A model generated the notes under the pieces. The model saw only the letters and a list, made by a program, of their open reading frames with translations, searched no databases and was not told where the DNA came from. Below are positions 1-9,019 of a DNA stretch of 40,000 bases, piece after piece; the first letter of the stretch is position 1, and every line of letters begins with the position of its first letter. This DNA is from Desertifilum tharense IPPAS B-1220. Lineage in GTDB: Bacteria > Cyanobacteriota > Cyanobacteriia > Cyanobacteriales > Desertifilaceae. The position numbers and the translations under genes were made by a program. The stretch spans positions 2,078,707-2,118,706 of the forward strand of contig NZ_CM124774.1 in assembly GCF_001746915.2 (NCBI RefSeq). The letters are read 5' to 3'.

Positions 1-104
1 GCTTTATAGGCACACCAAGAACTCATTTGCAGATAAAGATGGGAAGAAAACATTTCTAGGTTGATTTGTTCGTTCAACCGATCAATCATCGCGGCAGATA
101 GCAC
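1..104 (-). CDS. Ferritin (non-haem Ftn type), 5' fragment; gene continues beyond the left edge
   Basis: Reverse-strand reading from GTG 104-102 (AGGAGA at 117-112, 7 nt upstream) gives [34 protein letters not shown]. This parallels the N-terminus of bacterial ferritins as I recall E. coli FtnA ([31 protein letters not shown]). Alternative ATG at 89-87. Absent from the ORF track because it is truncated. Confidence 0.6.
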   Translation of the reverse strand, partial: MLSAAMIDRLNEQINLEMFSSHLYLQMSSWCAYK

Positions 105-127
105 GATCGTATCTCCTAAATTAAAAG

Positions 128-343
128 TCAATTGATCCACTCGTAAAGTTCTAAATGTTCTGGGGCGCAGCTACAGCAGCTACCGCATTGTTTTTGGGCG
201 AGTTTACGCACCCGTCCTTTGCGAATGAGGAGGTTGAGCATTTCCCGCAACGCATCAGCATCGGTTTGGAAGTGATGGGCTAAGTCTTCTAGGGAAGTTT
301 GGGTATGGTTGCGGAGATAGTTTTGGAGTTGTTGCAGAATCAT
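128..343 (-). CDS. feoC: FeoC-like small winged-helix protein with C-terminal Cys cluster
   Basis: Track ORF 128..433. The internal ATG at 343 gives 71 aa ([25 protein letters not shown]...[10 protein letters not shown]...CGSCCSC), directly downstream of feoB. The 101-aa form would overlap feoB by 55 nt. Confidence 0.6.
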   Translation of the reverse strand: MILQQLQNYLRNHTQTSLEDLAHHFQTDADALREMLNLLIRKGRVRKLAQKQCGSCCSCAPEHLELYEWIN

Positions 344-378
344 GGGTTTGTTCTGTCGAGTCCAAACGGGTTTAGCGC

Positions 379-2739
379 TTACTTGCGGCTGGCTTGTAGG
401 GTGCGGTTGGTGCGTAGAAATTTGGATAACCACCCAATAGAGCGATCGCTATAACTCTTGAGGCCGAGTAAAGTCACGCTCATCACCAGTAATAAACTCA
501 CTAACCAGGCGATCGCGCTTGTGGGGTGTTGGTTCAATGTCATGAACTGATAGTAGAAAACGGCGACCCAATAGGCAATTCCCGTTGTCCAGCAGGCTAC
601 AAAAATCGTCCAGCCGAGATTGGTTTCTCGATAAATCGCGGCGGTGGCTGAGACACAGGGGAAGTAGAGCAACACAAATAACAAAAAGGCGATCGCGGCG
701 GTTGAACTGCCAAACCGGGCGGACATTTGCCCAAAGGTTGTGTAATGCACCTGTTGTTCTTCGGCGGCGGCTTCTAGATCGTCGGTACTGCCTAAAATTC
801 CCAATCCAATCGGATCTAGCACTTGATTAGTTAAATCTGCCAGGTTGGCGGGAATGCTAGCAAAGGCTTCGCCAATACCGCCCCAAAGGTCAAATTCTTC
901 CGGCGGTTCGCTGTTAGCCGCTTCCTGCTGTCCGAGTTGGGAGTAGAGCGAATCCATTGCCCCCACCATCACCTCTTTCGCAAAGACGCCTGTAAATAAT
1001 CCCACGGTTGCCGGCCAATTTTCCTGTTGAATGCCCATCGGCGCGAAAACGGGCGTCACGGTGCGACCAATGGCGCTGAGAATCGAATCTTGGCTATTTT
1101 GTTTGCCAAAAGAACCGTCAACGCCCACGGAGTTAATTAACCCCAAAATCACCACCATAATCACGATCATTTTGCCCGCTTTGGTAATAAAGGCTTTGAG
1201 CCGATCCCAAGCGCGGAGCAAGACGCCTTTAAAGGTGGGGATATGGTAGGGGGGTAACTCCATGACAAACGGCGCAGCATCCCCCCGGAAAAGGGTTTGC
1301 TTCATCACTAATCCGGTGAAAATGGCGGCGAGAATGCCGAGGATATACAGGATGAAGACAATATTTTGTCCGTTGGTGGGGAAAAACGCCGCGCAGAATA
1401 GGGCATAGACGGGCAGACGCGCCCCGCAGGACATGAAGGGATTCATGAGGATGGTCATCAGGCGATCGCGCCGATTTTCTAAGGTGCGAGTTGCCATAAT
1501 TCCGGGAATATTGCAGCCAAAGCCCACCATCATCGGGACGAAGGATTTGCCCGGAAGCCCGACAAAGCGCATCAGCCGATCCATGACAAAGGCTGCCCGC
1601 GCCAGATAGCCAGAATCTTCAAGAATGGCGAGGAAGATAAACAGCAAGCCAATTTGAGGAATAAAGGTGGCTGTGGTTTGAATCCCGCCGCCGACGCCAT
1701 CAGCCAGCAAGCCAACTAACCAGCCAGGGCTATTGATTTGCTCCAACAGGTGAGCCGTTCCGCCGACAAAGAGGGTGCCAATGCCAATATCAAAAAAGTC
1801 GATAAACGCGCCGCCGAGGTTAATGGAGACGAGAAACATTAGATACATCACCATCAAGAAGATGGGAATGCCTAACCAGCGGTTGAGGGTGAAGGCGTCA
1901 AGGCGATCGGAAACGCTTTGCTTGACGCGATGGGTATGTTCTACGGTGTCTTGAATTAAATGGCGAATCCAGGTATAGCGACTGTCGGCAATTAAGAGGT
2001 CGGTATCTTCTCCGAGGGTACGATGAATCCGATGGCGATGTTCGATAATGCGTCGCAGGGTGTCTTGTCCGAGATCGCTGAGGTGGCGATCGTCGTATTG
2101 CAACAGGTTTAGGGCAAACCAGCGCAGGTTCGCGGGGGGAGTCGCGGAGGTGGTTTCTAGGATTGAAGTTAAATCGGCGATCGCTTCTTCAATAACGGGC
2201 GGATAGGCAACGTAGGTGGTGGGGACTTTGGGATGGGCAAGGGCTTGATGAATGGCGGCTTGTAATTCTGGCAGACCTTTGCCGCTATGGGCGCTTAGGG
2301 GAATGGCAATCGCGCCTAAGCGTTCCGAAAGCTGTTGCGGATCGATGCGAATTTCCCGCTTGCTGGCTAAGTCGATCATGTTGAGGGCAATTAGGGTGGG
2401 GATGCCCATTTCTAGAATTTGCGTGGTGAGGTAGAAATTCCGCTCTAGGTTGGCGGCATCCACGATGTTGATAATCAGATCGGCTTCGCCAGATAGCAAA
2501 TAGTCCCGCGCTACGAGTTCGTCTAAGCCGGTGGTGTTGTCTCCGGCATCTACGGAGTAAACCCCAGGTAAATCGACAACGACGATCTGCTGCCCCTGGA
2601 AGCGATAGCTGCCTTCTTTGCGTTCCACGGTGACGCCGGGCCAGTTGCCAACGTGCTGGTTGGCTCCGGTTAAGGCGTTGAAGAGGGTGGTTTTGCCGCA
2701 ATTGGGGTTGCCGACTAGGGCGATGGTGGGGGGTTTCAC
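379..2739 (-). CDS. feoB: Ferrous iron transporter FeoB
   Basis: 786 aa. N-terminal G domain (GNPNCGKTTLFNALTG, DLPG) followed by a long polytopic membrane domain. The start is GTG at 2739-2737, overlapping the feoA stop (GTGA). Confidence 0.95.
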   Translation of the reverse strand: MKPPTIALVGNPNCGKTTLFNALTGANQHVGNWPGVTVERKEGSYRFQGQQIVVVDLPGVYSVDAGDNTTGLDELVARDYLLSGEADLIINIVDAANLERNFYLTTQILEMGIPTLIALNMIDLASKREIRIDPQQLSERLGAIAIPLSAHSGKGLPELQAAIHQALAHPKVPTTYVAYPPVIEEAIADLTSILETTSATPPANLRWFALNLLQYDDRHLSDLGQDTLRRIIEHRHRIHRTLGEDTDLLIADSRYTWIRHLIQDTVEHTHRVKQSVSDRLDAFTLNRWLGIPIFLMVMYLMFLVSINLGGAFIDFFDIGIGTLFVGGTAHLLEQINSPGWLVGLLADGVGGGIQTTATFIPQIGLLFIFLAILEDSGYLARAAFVMDRLMRFVGLPGKSFVPMMVGFGCNIPGIMATRTLENRRDRLMTILMNPFMSCGARLPVYALFCAAFFPTNGQNIVFILYILGILAAIFTGLVMKQTLFRGDAAPFVMELPPYHIPTFKGVLLRAWDRLKAFITKAGKMIVIMVVILGLINSVGVDGSFGKQNSQDSILSAIGRTVTPVFAPMGIQQENWPATVGLFTGVFAKEVMVGAMDSLYSQLGQQEAANSEPPEEFDLWGGIGEAFASIPANLADLTNQVLDPIGLGILGSTDDLEAAAEEQQVHYTTFGQMSARFGSSTAAIAFLLFVLLYFPCVSATAAIYRETNLGWTIFVACWTTGIAYWVAVFYYQFMTLNQHPTSAIAWLVSLLLVMSVTLLGLKSYSDRSIGWLSKFLRTNRTLQASRK

Positions 2740-3374
2740 GAGTCACCTCCTACAATGATTTCGACCATCAGGGCGTCGGCTTCGTGTTTCCGCAAACTCA
2801 GCTTATAACCGCGCACTTCAATTTCTGTGGGGTCTCCGAGTGGGGCGTGGCGGTTAACGCGCAGTTCGGTTCCGGGGGTGAGTCCCATTGCCAGTAATTT
2901 GCGCTTGTAGTCGCGGGCGGTGGGTTCGTAGCCAATGACTCTGAGGTGGGCACCAATGGCGGCTTCTCGGAGTTTGAGGGTGGAAGTAGGCGATGGCATA
3001 TCCATAGGGGAATGGCTCCTGGCGGGTGGAACGAGGGCATCGACAACGAGAATCTGTTGGGCCATTTCTGCACCCACTCCTAAGCGTTGGGAGCCGCTGG
3101 AGTTGTACAGGGCGACGATCGCCGATCCGGTGCCCGTGCGACTGATGATTTGCAAGATGACGCCCGGTATAAATCCCATCCCTAGGAGTCGGTGATTGGA
3201 TTCGCCGCAGTTGAGGGAAAGGATGCGGACGCGATCGCCAACTTGCCGAGCCGATAGGGGCAGGATTTGAGGACAGGCGCTCTCTGGCGGGCTGGCGGCC
3301 TCTAGATGGTTCTGCCAGCCCCGATGCCGGAGCCTTCTTAACGAGCGATTAACCCAATTACGTCCACTAGGCAT
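2736..3374 (-). CDS. feoA: FeoA-family protein with two tandem FeoA domains
   Basis: 212 aa. Two FeoA-like segments: VGDRVRILSLNCGESNHRLLGMGFIPGVILQIISR... and IGAHLRVIGYEPTARDYKRKLLAMGLTPGTELRVNRHAPLGDPTEIEVRGYKLSLRKHEA. Coupled to feoB by a 4-nt overlap. Confidence 0.85.
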   Translation of the reverse strand: MPSGRNWVNRSLRRLRHRGWQNHLEAASPPESACPQILPLSARQVGDRVRILSLNCGESNHRLLGMGFIPGVILQIISRTGTGSAIVALYNSSGSQRLGVGAEMAQQILVVDALVPPARSHSPMDMPSPTSTLKLREAAIGAHLRVIGYEPTARDYKRKLLAMGLTPGTELRVNRHAPLGDPTEIEVRGYKLSLRKHEADALMVEIIVGGDS

Positions 3375-3798
3375 GGGAAACCTCTACACCCGCGTTATCT
3401 TTACTAAGAAATCTTCTCAAATATTCTCCTGACAATCGGGTTCCTTTAATATACTTAACAACTATCAAGCGATTAAGTTATCATAAATAACATTACACTT
3501 CAAGTTGCTGAAATGCTAGAGTGTTTCCTGAATCTGAAGAGATCGGAAAAAAGCGAACAATGGGGAATTTGGCAACCTTATCCCCATCGGTTGTAATCTG
3601 GGGTGTTAATGGGGATTAAAGGAACTCAAACGTTCAGTGGCGGTTTAATGAGAATTATTATTAATGATCTCATCAAAATCAAAATCTGCCCTACTCTTTA
3701 TCAATCCTTAAGGAATGGGTGAGTTCAATCCGTAGGTTTTCAGAGGGGCGGGCGTATAATTAAGCCAGGATGTACGATTGTTTTAATGAGGTGCGAAG

Positions 3799-4125
3799 AT
3801 GCAACAGATGCATCCAGGAAATCTAAGTTTGAGAGCGCGAGTTGCCGAACTTGCAGCCGACCCAAACGCTAGGACGATCGCCGTTGGGGTTGCGACTGTG
3901 GCGATCGCGCCTTTGCTTTTACCTTTGGTCAAACCCGCGTTAAAAGCAACAATTAAAACGGGGGTGATGTTGATGGAGAAAACCAAGGGAGCGATCGCCG
4001 AAACCGGAGAAGCGATCGCCGATATTGCGGCTGAAGCGAGAGCCGAAGCCCTAGCTGAAGCCCAGCAAAAAGCCGCATTCCCCGCCGTTCTCCCGATCGC
4101 CAAATCCCCCTCCACGGAAGGCTAA
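3799..4125 (+). CDS. Small conserved cyanobacterial protein (DUF5132-like)
   Basis: 108 aa, ATG with GAGG 8 nt upstream. The APLLLPLVKPALKATIKTGVMLMEKTKGAIAETGEAIADIAAEA pattern is typical of what I recall as DUF5132. The antisense ORF 3783..4115 is treated as a shadow. Confidence 0.55.
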   Translation: MQQMHPGNLSLRARVAELAADPNARTIAVGVATVAIAPLLLPLVKPALKATIKTGVMLMEKTKGAIAETGEAIADIAAEARAEALAEAQQKAAFPAVLPIAKSPSTEG

Positions 4126-4141
4126 AGCCGACGCCCCCAAG

Positions 4142-4169
4142 GTCGCAGAGTCAAACCCCCTGCGACTTT
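4142..4169 (+). terminator. Weak hairpin terminator candidate after the DUF5132-like gene
   Basis: GTCGCAG (4142-4148) pairs with CTGCGAC (4160-4166) and is followed by TTT. The T-run is short and the loop is 11 nt. Confidence 0.3.
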
Positions 4170-4195
4170 AGGAGCCGTCTCGATCTCCCTCGCGT

Positions 4196-5803
4196 TCAAC
4201 CAATGCCCAGAATTTGCCGCAACAGGGCTAGCTCTTTAGAAGCGGGTTGAAAACGACCCCGTTCCACATCGCGCACCCAACTCTGGCTTTTGCCAATTTG
4301 ATGGGCGAGCGCCCGTTGACTGAGCTGGAGCTGTTTGCGTGCCTCTGCAATTTGTGGGCCGGAAAGCGTGAATTGAGAGGAGAGTAATAACTGAGTGCGG
4401 CTTTTGCGACGGCGCGTTTGTTTGGCTTTCGCCGAGGTCGGTTTTTGCCAATCGTCCGGTAACTCAAAACGCAGCAAACGAGCATTCATCAGGCGGTTCC
4501 ATTTGCCTTTAGGAGCCGCATCAGTGAGCCGAGAATTGCGATCGCCATCATTAATCCAAAATTCTAGCGCCGCTTCTGGATCGTCTGGTAAATCGGCAAG
4601 TTTAGCCCACAGGGGTTGAATTTCCACCGGGTAAGTTACCGGATCGAAAATGGGTTTAATGCCGTAGTGGTTTAACACCTCTAAATCGCTTTCAAAAGCT
4701 CGCAGCAACCGCTTTCTCCCTTCGAGTTGAGTGGAAACCTGCATTAACTTTGTTTCCCCGTAAGCCACTCGCATCAGGGTGGGAACGGTAATGCGCTGTT
4801 CTTGTCCCATTTTGGTTTTAAACAACAACCACAACAGGATACGGGCAGCTCCTTCGTGTTGCTGCCAAATGCTCATAATGTTAGCGAGCAGCGTTTTGGG
4901 TAGCGTTCCGTATTGATAAAAAGCCGTCTGCTGTTTGGAGCCTTTGCGGTTTAAGAAGTAATAAGCCCATAACCCAGCTTTGATTTTAAAGGTTAAACCC
5001 GTCAGATGCTTGCATCCGAGTTCGTCTTCTTGAAAATAATGTTCGATGTCGAGCAAATACCAGAGGCGGCTGGCGTTTAGGGAAAATCCCTTCATTTTTC
5101 CCTGCGACTGCCACTGGAGAGTGACGGAAATTTTGCACGGCTGTTGAGCGAGTTCTTTAATTAAGCTTAATTTGGCGGTTTTGCTGAGGTCTTTGCGTTT
5201 GTCTAGACCGAGGTAGGTTTCAATTTGGCGATCGCTAATGCTAAATTCCTGTTGCCACGGCTGTTCGAGTGCAGTGGCATAGGCTGCATAAATCAAATGC
5301 AGACAAGCCGCCCGAATATCAAACCCCTCCAGCGCCGTCAACGCCTCTGGCGCATCTAACGCCACGCAAGGCTGAGAATCAAACGCATCCGTCACCTGGA
5401 ACGTCATTAAACTCTGACCTTGGTTAACCTGGCGTTGATAGTAAAGTTTTCCCTCGCTATCGGTGCGCCACGGAAGCGAGTCGCGTTGGGCCAAAATGTT
5501 GCACAATTCCCAAATGGCGATCGCCGAAGCAAAAGAATTCGTCTTACCATTAGCAAACAAGTCAGGCTGCGTTGGCGTTCTCTGCGTTGTCTTGCATCTC
5601 CCTTTTTTCGCCTGAAGCGGAATTGGAGAGTCTACAGGACAAACCAGCTTGCACTGCGGCTCTGGATAATACCCCTCGCAATTGTTACATAGCGTTGGGT
5701 CGATCCAAAACTCCTGACCCTCAATCTGAGAAATCGCCCCCGTAGGGCAAAGCGGAATACAAGTATCGCACTGAGTACACCGATTGGTAATAGCGTAAGG
5801 CAT
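4196..5803 (-). CDS. cnfR: CnfR/PatB-type nif transcriptional activator (N-terminal 2x[4Fe-4S] ferredoxin-like domain, C-terminal XRE HTH)
   Basis: 535 aa. The N-terminus (CTQCDTCIPLCP ... CNNCEGYYPEPQCKLVCP) resembles fdxN. The C-terminus is LSGPQIAEARKQLQLSQRALAHQIGKSQSWVRDVERG (HTH_XRE). This architecture matches PatB (Anabaena) and CnfR (Leptolyngbya boryana). Confidence 0.85.
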   Translation of the reverse strand: MPYAITNRCTQCDTCIPLCPTGAISQIEGQEFWIDPTLCNNCEGYYPEPQCKLVCPVDSPIPLQAKKGRCKTTQRTPTQPDLFANGKTNSFASAIAIWELCNILAQRDSLPWRTDSEGKLYYQRQVNQGQSLMTFQVTDAFDSQPCVALDAPEALTALEGFDIRAACLHLIYAAYATALEQPWQQEFSISDRQIETYLGLDKRKDLSKTAKLSLIKELAQQPCKISVTLQWQSQGKMKGFSLNASRLWYLLDIEHYFQEDELGCKHLTGLTFKIKAGLWAYYFLNRKGSKQQTAFYQYGTLPKTLLANIMSIWQQHEGAARILLWLLFKTKMGQEQRITVPTLMRVAYGETKLMQVSTQLEGRKRLLRAFESDLEVLNHYGIKPIFDPVTYPVEIQPLWAKLADLPDDPEAALEFWINDGDRNSRLTDAAPKGKWNRLMNARLLRFELPDDWQKPTSAKAKQTRRRKSRTQLLLSSQFTLSGPQIAEARKQLQLSQRALAHQIGKSQSWVRDVERGRFQPASKELALLRQILGIG

Positions 5804-6001
5804 AGTATGGCTTTCTCAATCTTAAAAAATTGAACCAGAACATATCTGCACTTTCTTGAAAGTTGTTTGCGTGTTGTAAACCGAATCAATAATATTCGTA
5901 GCCAAGAAAGCGATCGATTTTTGTTCGGGTTGAGCGTATATAGACTTTCTTAACTTTTGTCCCCACCATTTTGTTCATAGTAAACGTTTTGCGAAATTCT
6001 C

Positions 6002-6034
6002 AAAAAAATCAAGCTCCTGGCTTAACCAGAAGCT
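6002..6034 (-). terminator. Rho-independent terminator closing the long minus-strand nif operon (after fdxB)
   Basis: On the minus strand: AGCTTCTGG-ttaag-CCAGGAGCT (9 bp, one G.U), followed by TGATTTTTTT. It lies 38 nt after the fdxB stop. Confidence 0.7.
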
Positions 6035-6071
6035 CGATAGCGAGAAACCTGTTGAGTTAGAAGATCGGTCC

Positions 6072-6368
6072 TTAGTTCAAGTCTAAGGCACTGTGGCTAT
6101 AACAATTCTTCGGACAGACTCGCGAACAAGCTTGACATCCCACACAATTCTCCGAATGAGCGATAGTCATTACCTTGCGCTCAATTTCCTCGTCGTCTTC
6201 ATTATCAACAAACTCGCCCTCATCGTTCATTGCTCGCAGGGATAATACATCCCGCCCGCAAACCTTAAAACATCGACCACATCCCAAACACGTCGCTTGG
6301 TTTATAGATTGCACAAACTGAGGCGTCCAAGATTTTTGACCGAGGGTTAAACCCGTTAAATGTGCCAT
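6072..6368 (-). CDS. fdxB: nif-associated 2x[4Fe-4S] ferredoxin (FdxB / ferredoxin III type)
   Basis: 98 aa. Motifs [11 protein letters not shown] and [12 protein letters not shown], with an acidic insert (DNEDDEE). Confidence 0.8.
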   Translation of the reverse strand: MAHLTGLTLGQKSWTPQFVQSINQATCLGCGRCFKVCGRDVLSLRAMNDEGEFVDNEDDEEIERKVMTIAHSENCVGCQACSRVCPKNCYSHSALDLN

Positions 6369-6426
6369 GACTATCCCTCTACTGGATATAATTTTAACTG
6401 ACGATTCTCATCTCTCATCAAGGGTC

Positions 6427-6636
6427 TTAATCAACACCAACCAGAACATCTGAAGACTTAATTGCCACGTAAGCTTCTTTGCCTTCCGTTAGATCGAGAC
6501 GTTCTGCGGATGATTTCGTAATAATTGAAACAATTTCAATGCCTGGAGCAATCTCAATCGTTACTTCTGTATTAATTGCGCCGACTGAGATTTCCTTGAC
6601 TGTACCTTTAAGAACGTTGCGCGCGCTAATCTTCAT
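6427..6636 (-). CDS. mop: Molybdenum-pterin/molybdate-binding protein Mop (single TOBE domain)
   Basis: 69 aa. MKISARNVLKGTVKEI...EIVSIITKSSAERLDLTEGKEAYVAIKSSDV is a classic Mop/TOBE sequence. Confidence 0.8.
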   Translation of the reverse strand: MKISARNVLKGTVKEISVGAINTEVTIEIAPGIEIVSIITKSSAERLDLTEGKEAYVAIKSSDVLVGVD

Positions 6637-6686
6637 GTTTTGACTTCCATAAGCCTGACCTCAACAAGACTTTAATATACCAGGTT

Positions 6687-6986
6687 TTACACTAAGTAAG
6701 CCTCTTGATGAGTCCGAATTGTGCAGTCAGAACGCGGGTAAGTGACGCATAGCAAAATAAACCCTTTAGCAACTTGATCGTCATCTAGAAAAACCTGTTC
6801 TGACTGATCGATTTCTCCTTCAACTAACTTACCCACACAACTCGAACAAGACCCAGACTGGCAAGAAAAAGGTAACTCTAATTCCTGCGCTTCTGCGGCG
6901 TCTAAAATTGTCACATCCTCATCTACGGGAATGGTAATGTCCAAAGCCCGTTTTTTATTAATCAAGCGCACTTGATAAGTAGCCAT
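6687..6986 (-). CDS. fdxH: Plant-type [2Fe-2S] ferredoxin, nif-associated (FdxH type)
   Basis: The ATG at 6986 (GGAGAA upstream) gives 99 aa: [12 protein letters not shown]...[13 protein letters not shown]...LLCVTYP. The track ORF extends to 7025. Confidence 0.85.
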   Translation of the reverse strand: MATYQVRLINKKRALDITIPVDEDVTILDAAEAQELELPFSCQSGSCSSCVGKLVEGEIDQSEQVFLDDDQVAKGFILLCVTYPRSDCTIRTHQEAYLV

Positions 6987-7042
6987 TTCAGTATTCTCCG
7001 TTACAGACTTGAGCAATAGATACAAAACTTTTCGTTCTAGCC

Positions 7043-7411
7043 TTAACTACAAGGCACTCCAGTGGGCGAACAATCTCCAGTTTGGAAAGACTGCCCGCAG
7101 CCACAAGTTGAAGTTGCATTAGGATTGCTAAATTTAAAACCGCTTTGGGTTAAGCCTTCCACATAATCCACAACAACCCCTTCCAACAAAGATGCACTTT
7201 TGGCATCAACATAAACGTTCAAACTGCCTTGCTGAACTAACGTATCATCCGGCTTAGGTTCGCCCACTAAATTAAGAGCATATTGGTAGCCGCTGCATCC
7301 TCCATCTTCCACTGAAATCCGAATACCTTGGACAGAATCATCGCTTTTGCGGCTTGCTTGAATAAAAGTCCGCAAACGTAACTCTGCAATCTCAGTTAAT
7401 AGCAAAGACAT
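7043..7411 (-). CDS. hesB: HesB/IscA-family Fe-S cluster assembly protein
   Basis: 122 aa. Contains GGCSGYQY and a C-terminal CGCGQSF motif. GGAG Shine-Dalgarno upstream. Confidence 0.85.
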   Translation of the reverse strand: MSLLLTEIAELRLRTFIQASRKSDDSVQGIRISVEDGGCSGYQYALNLVGEPKPDDTLVQQGSLNVYVDAKSASLLEGVVVDYVEGLTQSGFKFSNPNATSTCGCGQSFQTGDCSPTGVPCS

Positions 7412-7517
7412 AAAATCTCCTAAGAGGTGAGAAAAGGTGATCTTGTGAGTTAGGGTGTAACTTTTGAAAATTTACAGCCTATTTCTAATGTGTTGAATTG
7501 CAACCCAAAATCATTTT

Positions 7518-8297
7518 CTATCCTGCGGTTGCTAGCAGCGATTTGGCAACCTCAACCGGTTTTCCACAAACAGGACAATCAGGGTCATGATAAGGATGGC
7601 GCTTGGCAAACTCTAGCCGACCTAAATCCATTGTTAGCAACTGAGAAAGTAGCGGTTCGCCCACCCCAGCAATCAGCTTAATGGCTTCCAAAGCCGTTAA
7701 ACAAGCTAGCGTTCCTGACACTGCCCCTAGTACGCCAAACCCTCGTCTATCCCAATCCGGTTTTTCAGGAAAAATGCAAGATAAACAAGGCGTTTGACCG
7801 GGAACAATGGTGGTTAGATAAGCTTCCATATCGTTCATTGCAGCTTCCACCATTGGCGTTTTCCATCGCACGCAAGCTGCATTAAGTAAGTTTCGTTCGT
7901 CAAAGTTATGGGCGCAGTCTAAAGCAACATCGGCAACGCGCACCAGTTGGTCTACATTTTCGGGATTAATGTATTCGCAAATTGCTTCTACCTGAATATC
8001 AGGATTAATCGCTTCTAAGGTTTCCTTCGCCTTAAAAACTCGTGGCTTATTCACCCAATCATCCGTCATCAAAACCTGACGATTCATATCATCTAAACGC
8101 AGTTCGCCGCCCCGTACCAGAATGAGTCGTCCAACTCCGGCTACAGCCAGGTAAAGTGCTGCGGTTCCTCCCAATCCACCTACACCTGTAACTAAAATAG
8201 TAGAGGCTTTCAGGCGTTGTTGGGCGGCTTCACCAAAGCCAGGAAGCATGATTTGGCGGCGATATCGTTCTAACTCAGTGGGGGTGAGGTTTATCAT
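7518..8297 (-). CDS. hesA: HesA (ThiF/MoeB-family adenylyltransferase)
   Basis: The ATG at 8297 gives MINLTPTELERYRRQIMLPGFGEAAQQRL...GVGGLGG...CPVCG. The track ORF extends to 8390, but that N-terminal extension has no family resemblance. Confidence 0.85.
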   Translation of the reverse strand: MINLTPTELERYRRQIMLPGFGEAAQQRLKASTILVTGVGGLGGTAALYLAVAGVGRLILVRGGELRLDDMNRQVLMTDDWVNKPRVFKAKETLEAINPDIQVEAICEYINPENVDQLVRVADVALDCAHNFDERNLLNAACVRWKTPMVEAAMNDMEAYLTTIVPGQTPCLSCIFPEKPDWDRRGFGVLGAVSGTLACLTALEAIKLIAGVGEPLLSQLLTMDLGRLEFAKRHPYHDPDCPVCGKPVEVAKSLLATAG

Positions 8298-8402
8298 CTC
8301 AATTCTCTTCTCTGGGTGAGTAGATGGGGCTGGTTGGCTGAAAAAACTGCTGAAAGTTGTAGTTGGATTAGCGTTAGCGAAACTCAACAACAGCTAGGGT
8401 TA

Positions 8403-8433
8403 TGTTGGGTTTCGTACCTCAACCCAACCTACG
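8403..8433. repeat. GTTGGGTT-loop-AACCCAAC hairpin repeat (copy in the hesA-nifW spacer)
   Basis: TGTTGGGTTTCGTACCTCAACCCAACCTACG is identical to 31874-31904. It has an 8-bp stem and a 9-nt loop. Confidence 0.8.
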
Positions 8434-8475
8434 CGAAAGTGTCAGTCAACCAGTAGATGGGGAGCAAAAAGCGGT

Positions 8476-8787
8476 TTATTCAGAGCCAATGTCTTCCAGT
8501 AGAACCAAGTTGTTAGATTTCTTTTGAAAAACTTTGAACAGCTTTTGCTCTAACGAGTTAGACGTAAGAAAGAGTGAATAAGCTTGCTGGAATGCCAAAC
8601 GATACTGCTCTAAAATTTGCGTTTCGCTGAGTTCAGCAATATCTATTTCTTGGATAAGCTGAGAGAATTTTTGCAAAATATGCAGGCGATTAACATTTAC
8701 AATTGTGGCGTCGTAGGGCAGATCGAAAAATGCAAAATATTGCTCTGCATCTGTCAGTTGATTGAATTCAGCAAGCGTTACACTCAT
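8476..8787 (-). CDS. nifW: Nitrogenase-stabilising/protective protein NifW
   Basis: 103 aa. LTDAEQYFAFFDLPYD...VNVNRLHILQKF is the NifW N-terminal signature. The ATG overlaps the upstream stop (ATGA). Confidence 0.85.
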   Translation of the reverse strand: MSVTLAEFNQLTDAEQYFAFFDLPYDATIVNVNRLHILQKFSQLIQEIDIAELSETQILEQYRLAFQQAYSLFLTSNSLEQKLFKVFQKKSNNLVLLEDIGSE

Positions 8788-8990
8788 AATTTCTGCTCCA
8801 CTTGTTTGAGTTGCTTTTTAAGTTCATCGAGTTGGCGATAGATAGCGTAGGTTTCGTTCGCCAGGGGTAGCAAATTTTCAAAGTTTTCGGGGAGACCTTC
8901 TGCGAGGTCGTGCAAGTCCATTTTGATTTGACCTGCTTTACTATTGAGGCGTTTAATTTGGGTCTTTAGCTCGTCTGTGGATTGAGGCAT
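8784..8990 (-). CDS. DUF683 / CCE_0567-family nif-associated small protein
   Basis: The ATG at 8990 gives 68 aa: MPQSTDELKTQIKRLNSKAGQIKMDLHDLAEGLPENFENLLPLANETYAIYRQLDELKKQL. The upstream part of the track ORF is hairpin-repeat sequence. Confidence 0.7.
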   Translation of the reverse strand: MPQSTDELKTQIKRLNSKAGQIKMDLHDLAEGLPENFENLLPLANETYAIYRQLDELKKQLKQVEQKL

Positions 8991-9019
8991 ACTCCAAGGA
9001 CATTGGGTAATGTTTGTGA

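Noticed and set aside
3440-3670. Fur boxes upstream of feoA (GATTAAGTTATCATAAATAAC near 3471; GAGAATTATTATTAATGAT at 3650-3668)
   Set aside because: The best by-eye match to the 19-bp GATAATGATAATCATTATC consensus is only about 11/19, in generally AT-rich DNA. That is not enough to call. A position-weight-matrix scan with a cyanobacterial FurA model would be needed.
2285-4115. Shadow ORFs 2285..2746 (-), 2798..3073 (-), 2935..3195 (+) and 3783..4115 (-)
   Set aside because: They are alternative-frame or antisense ORFs nested in feoB, feoA and the DUF5132-like gene. Their composition is Arg/Pro/Ala-rich, as is typical of off-frame translation.
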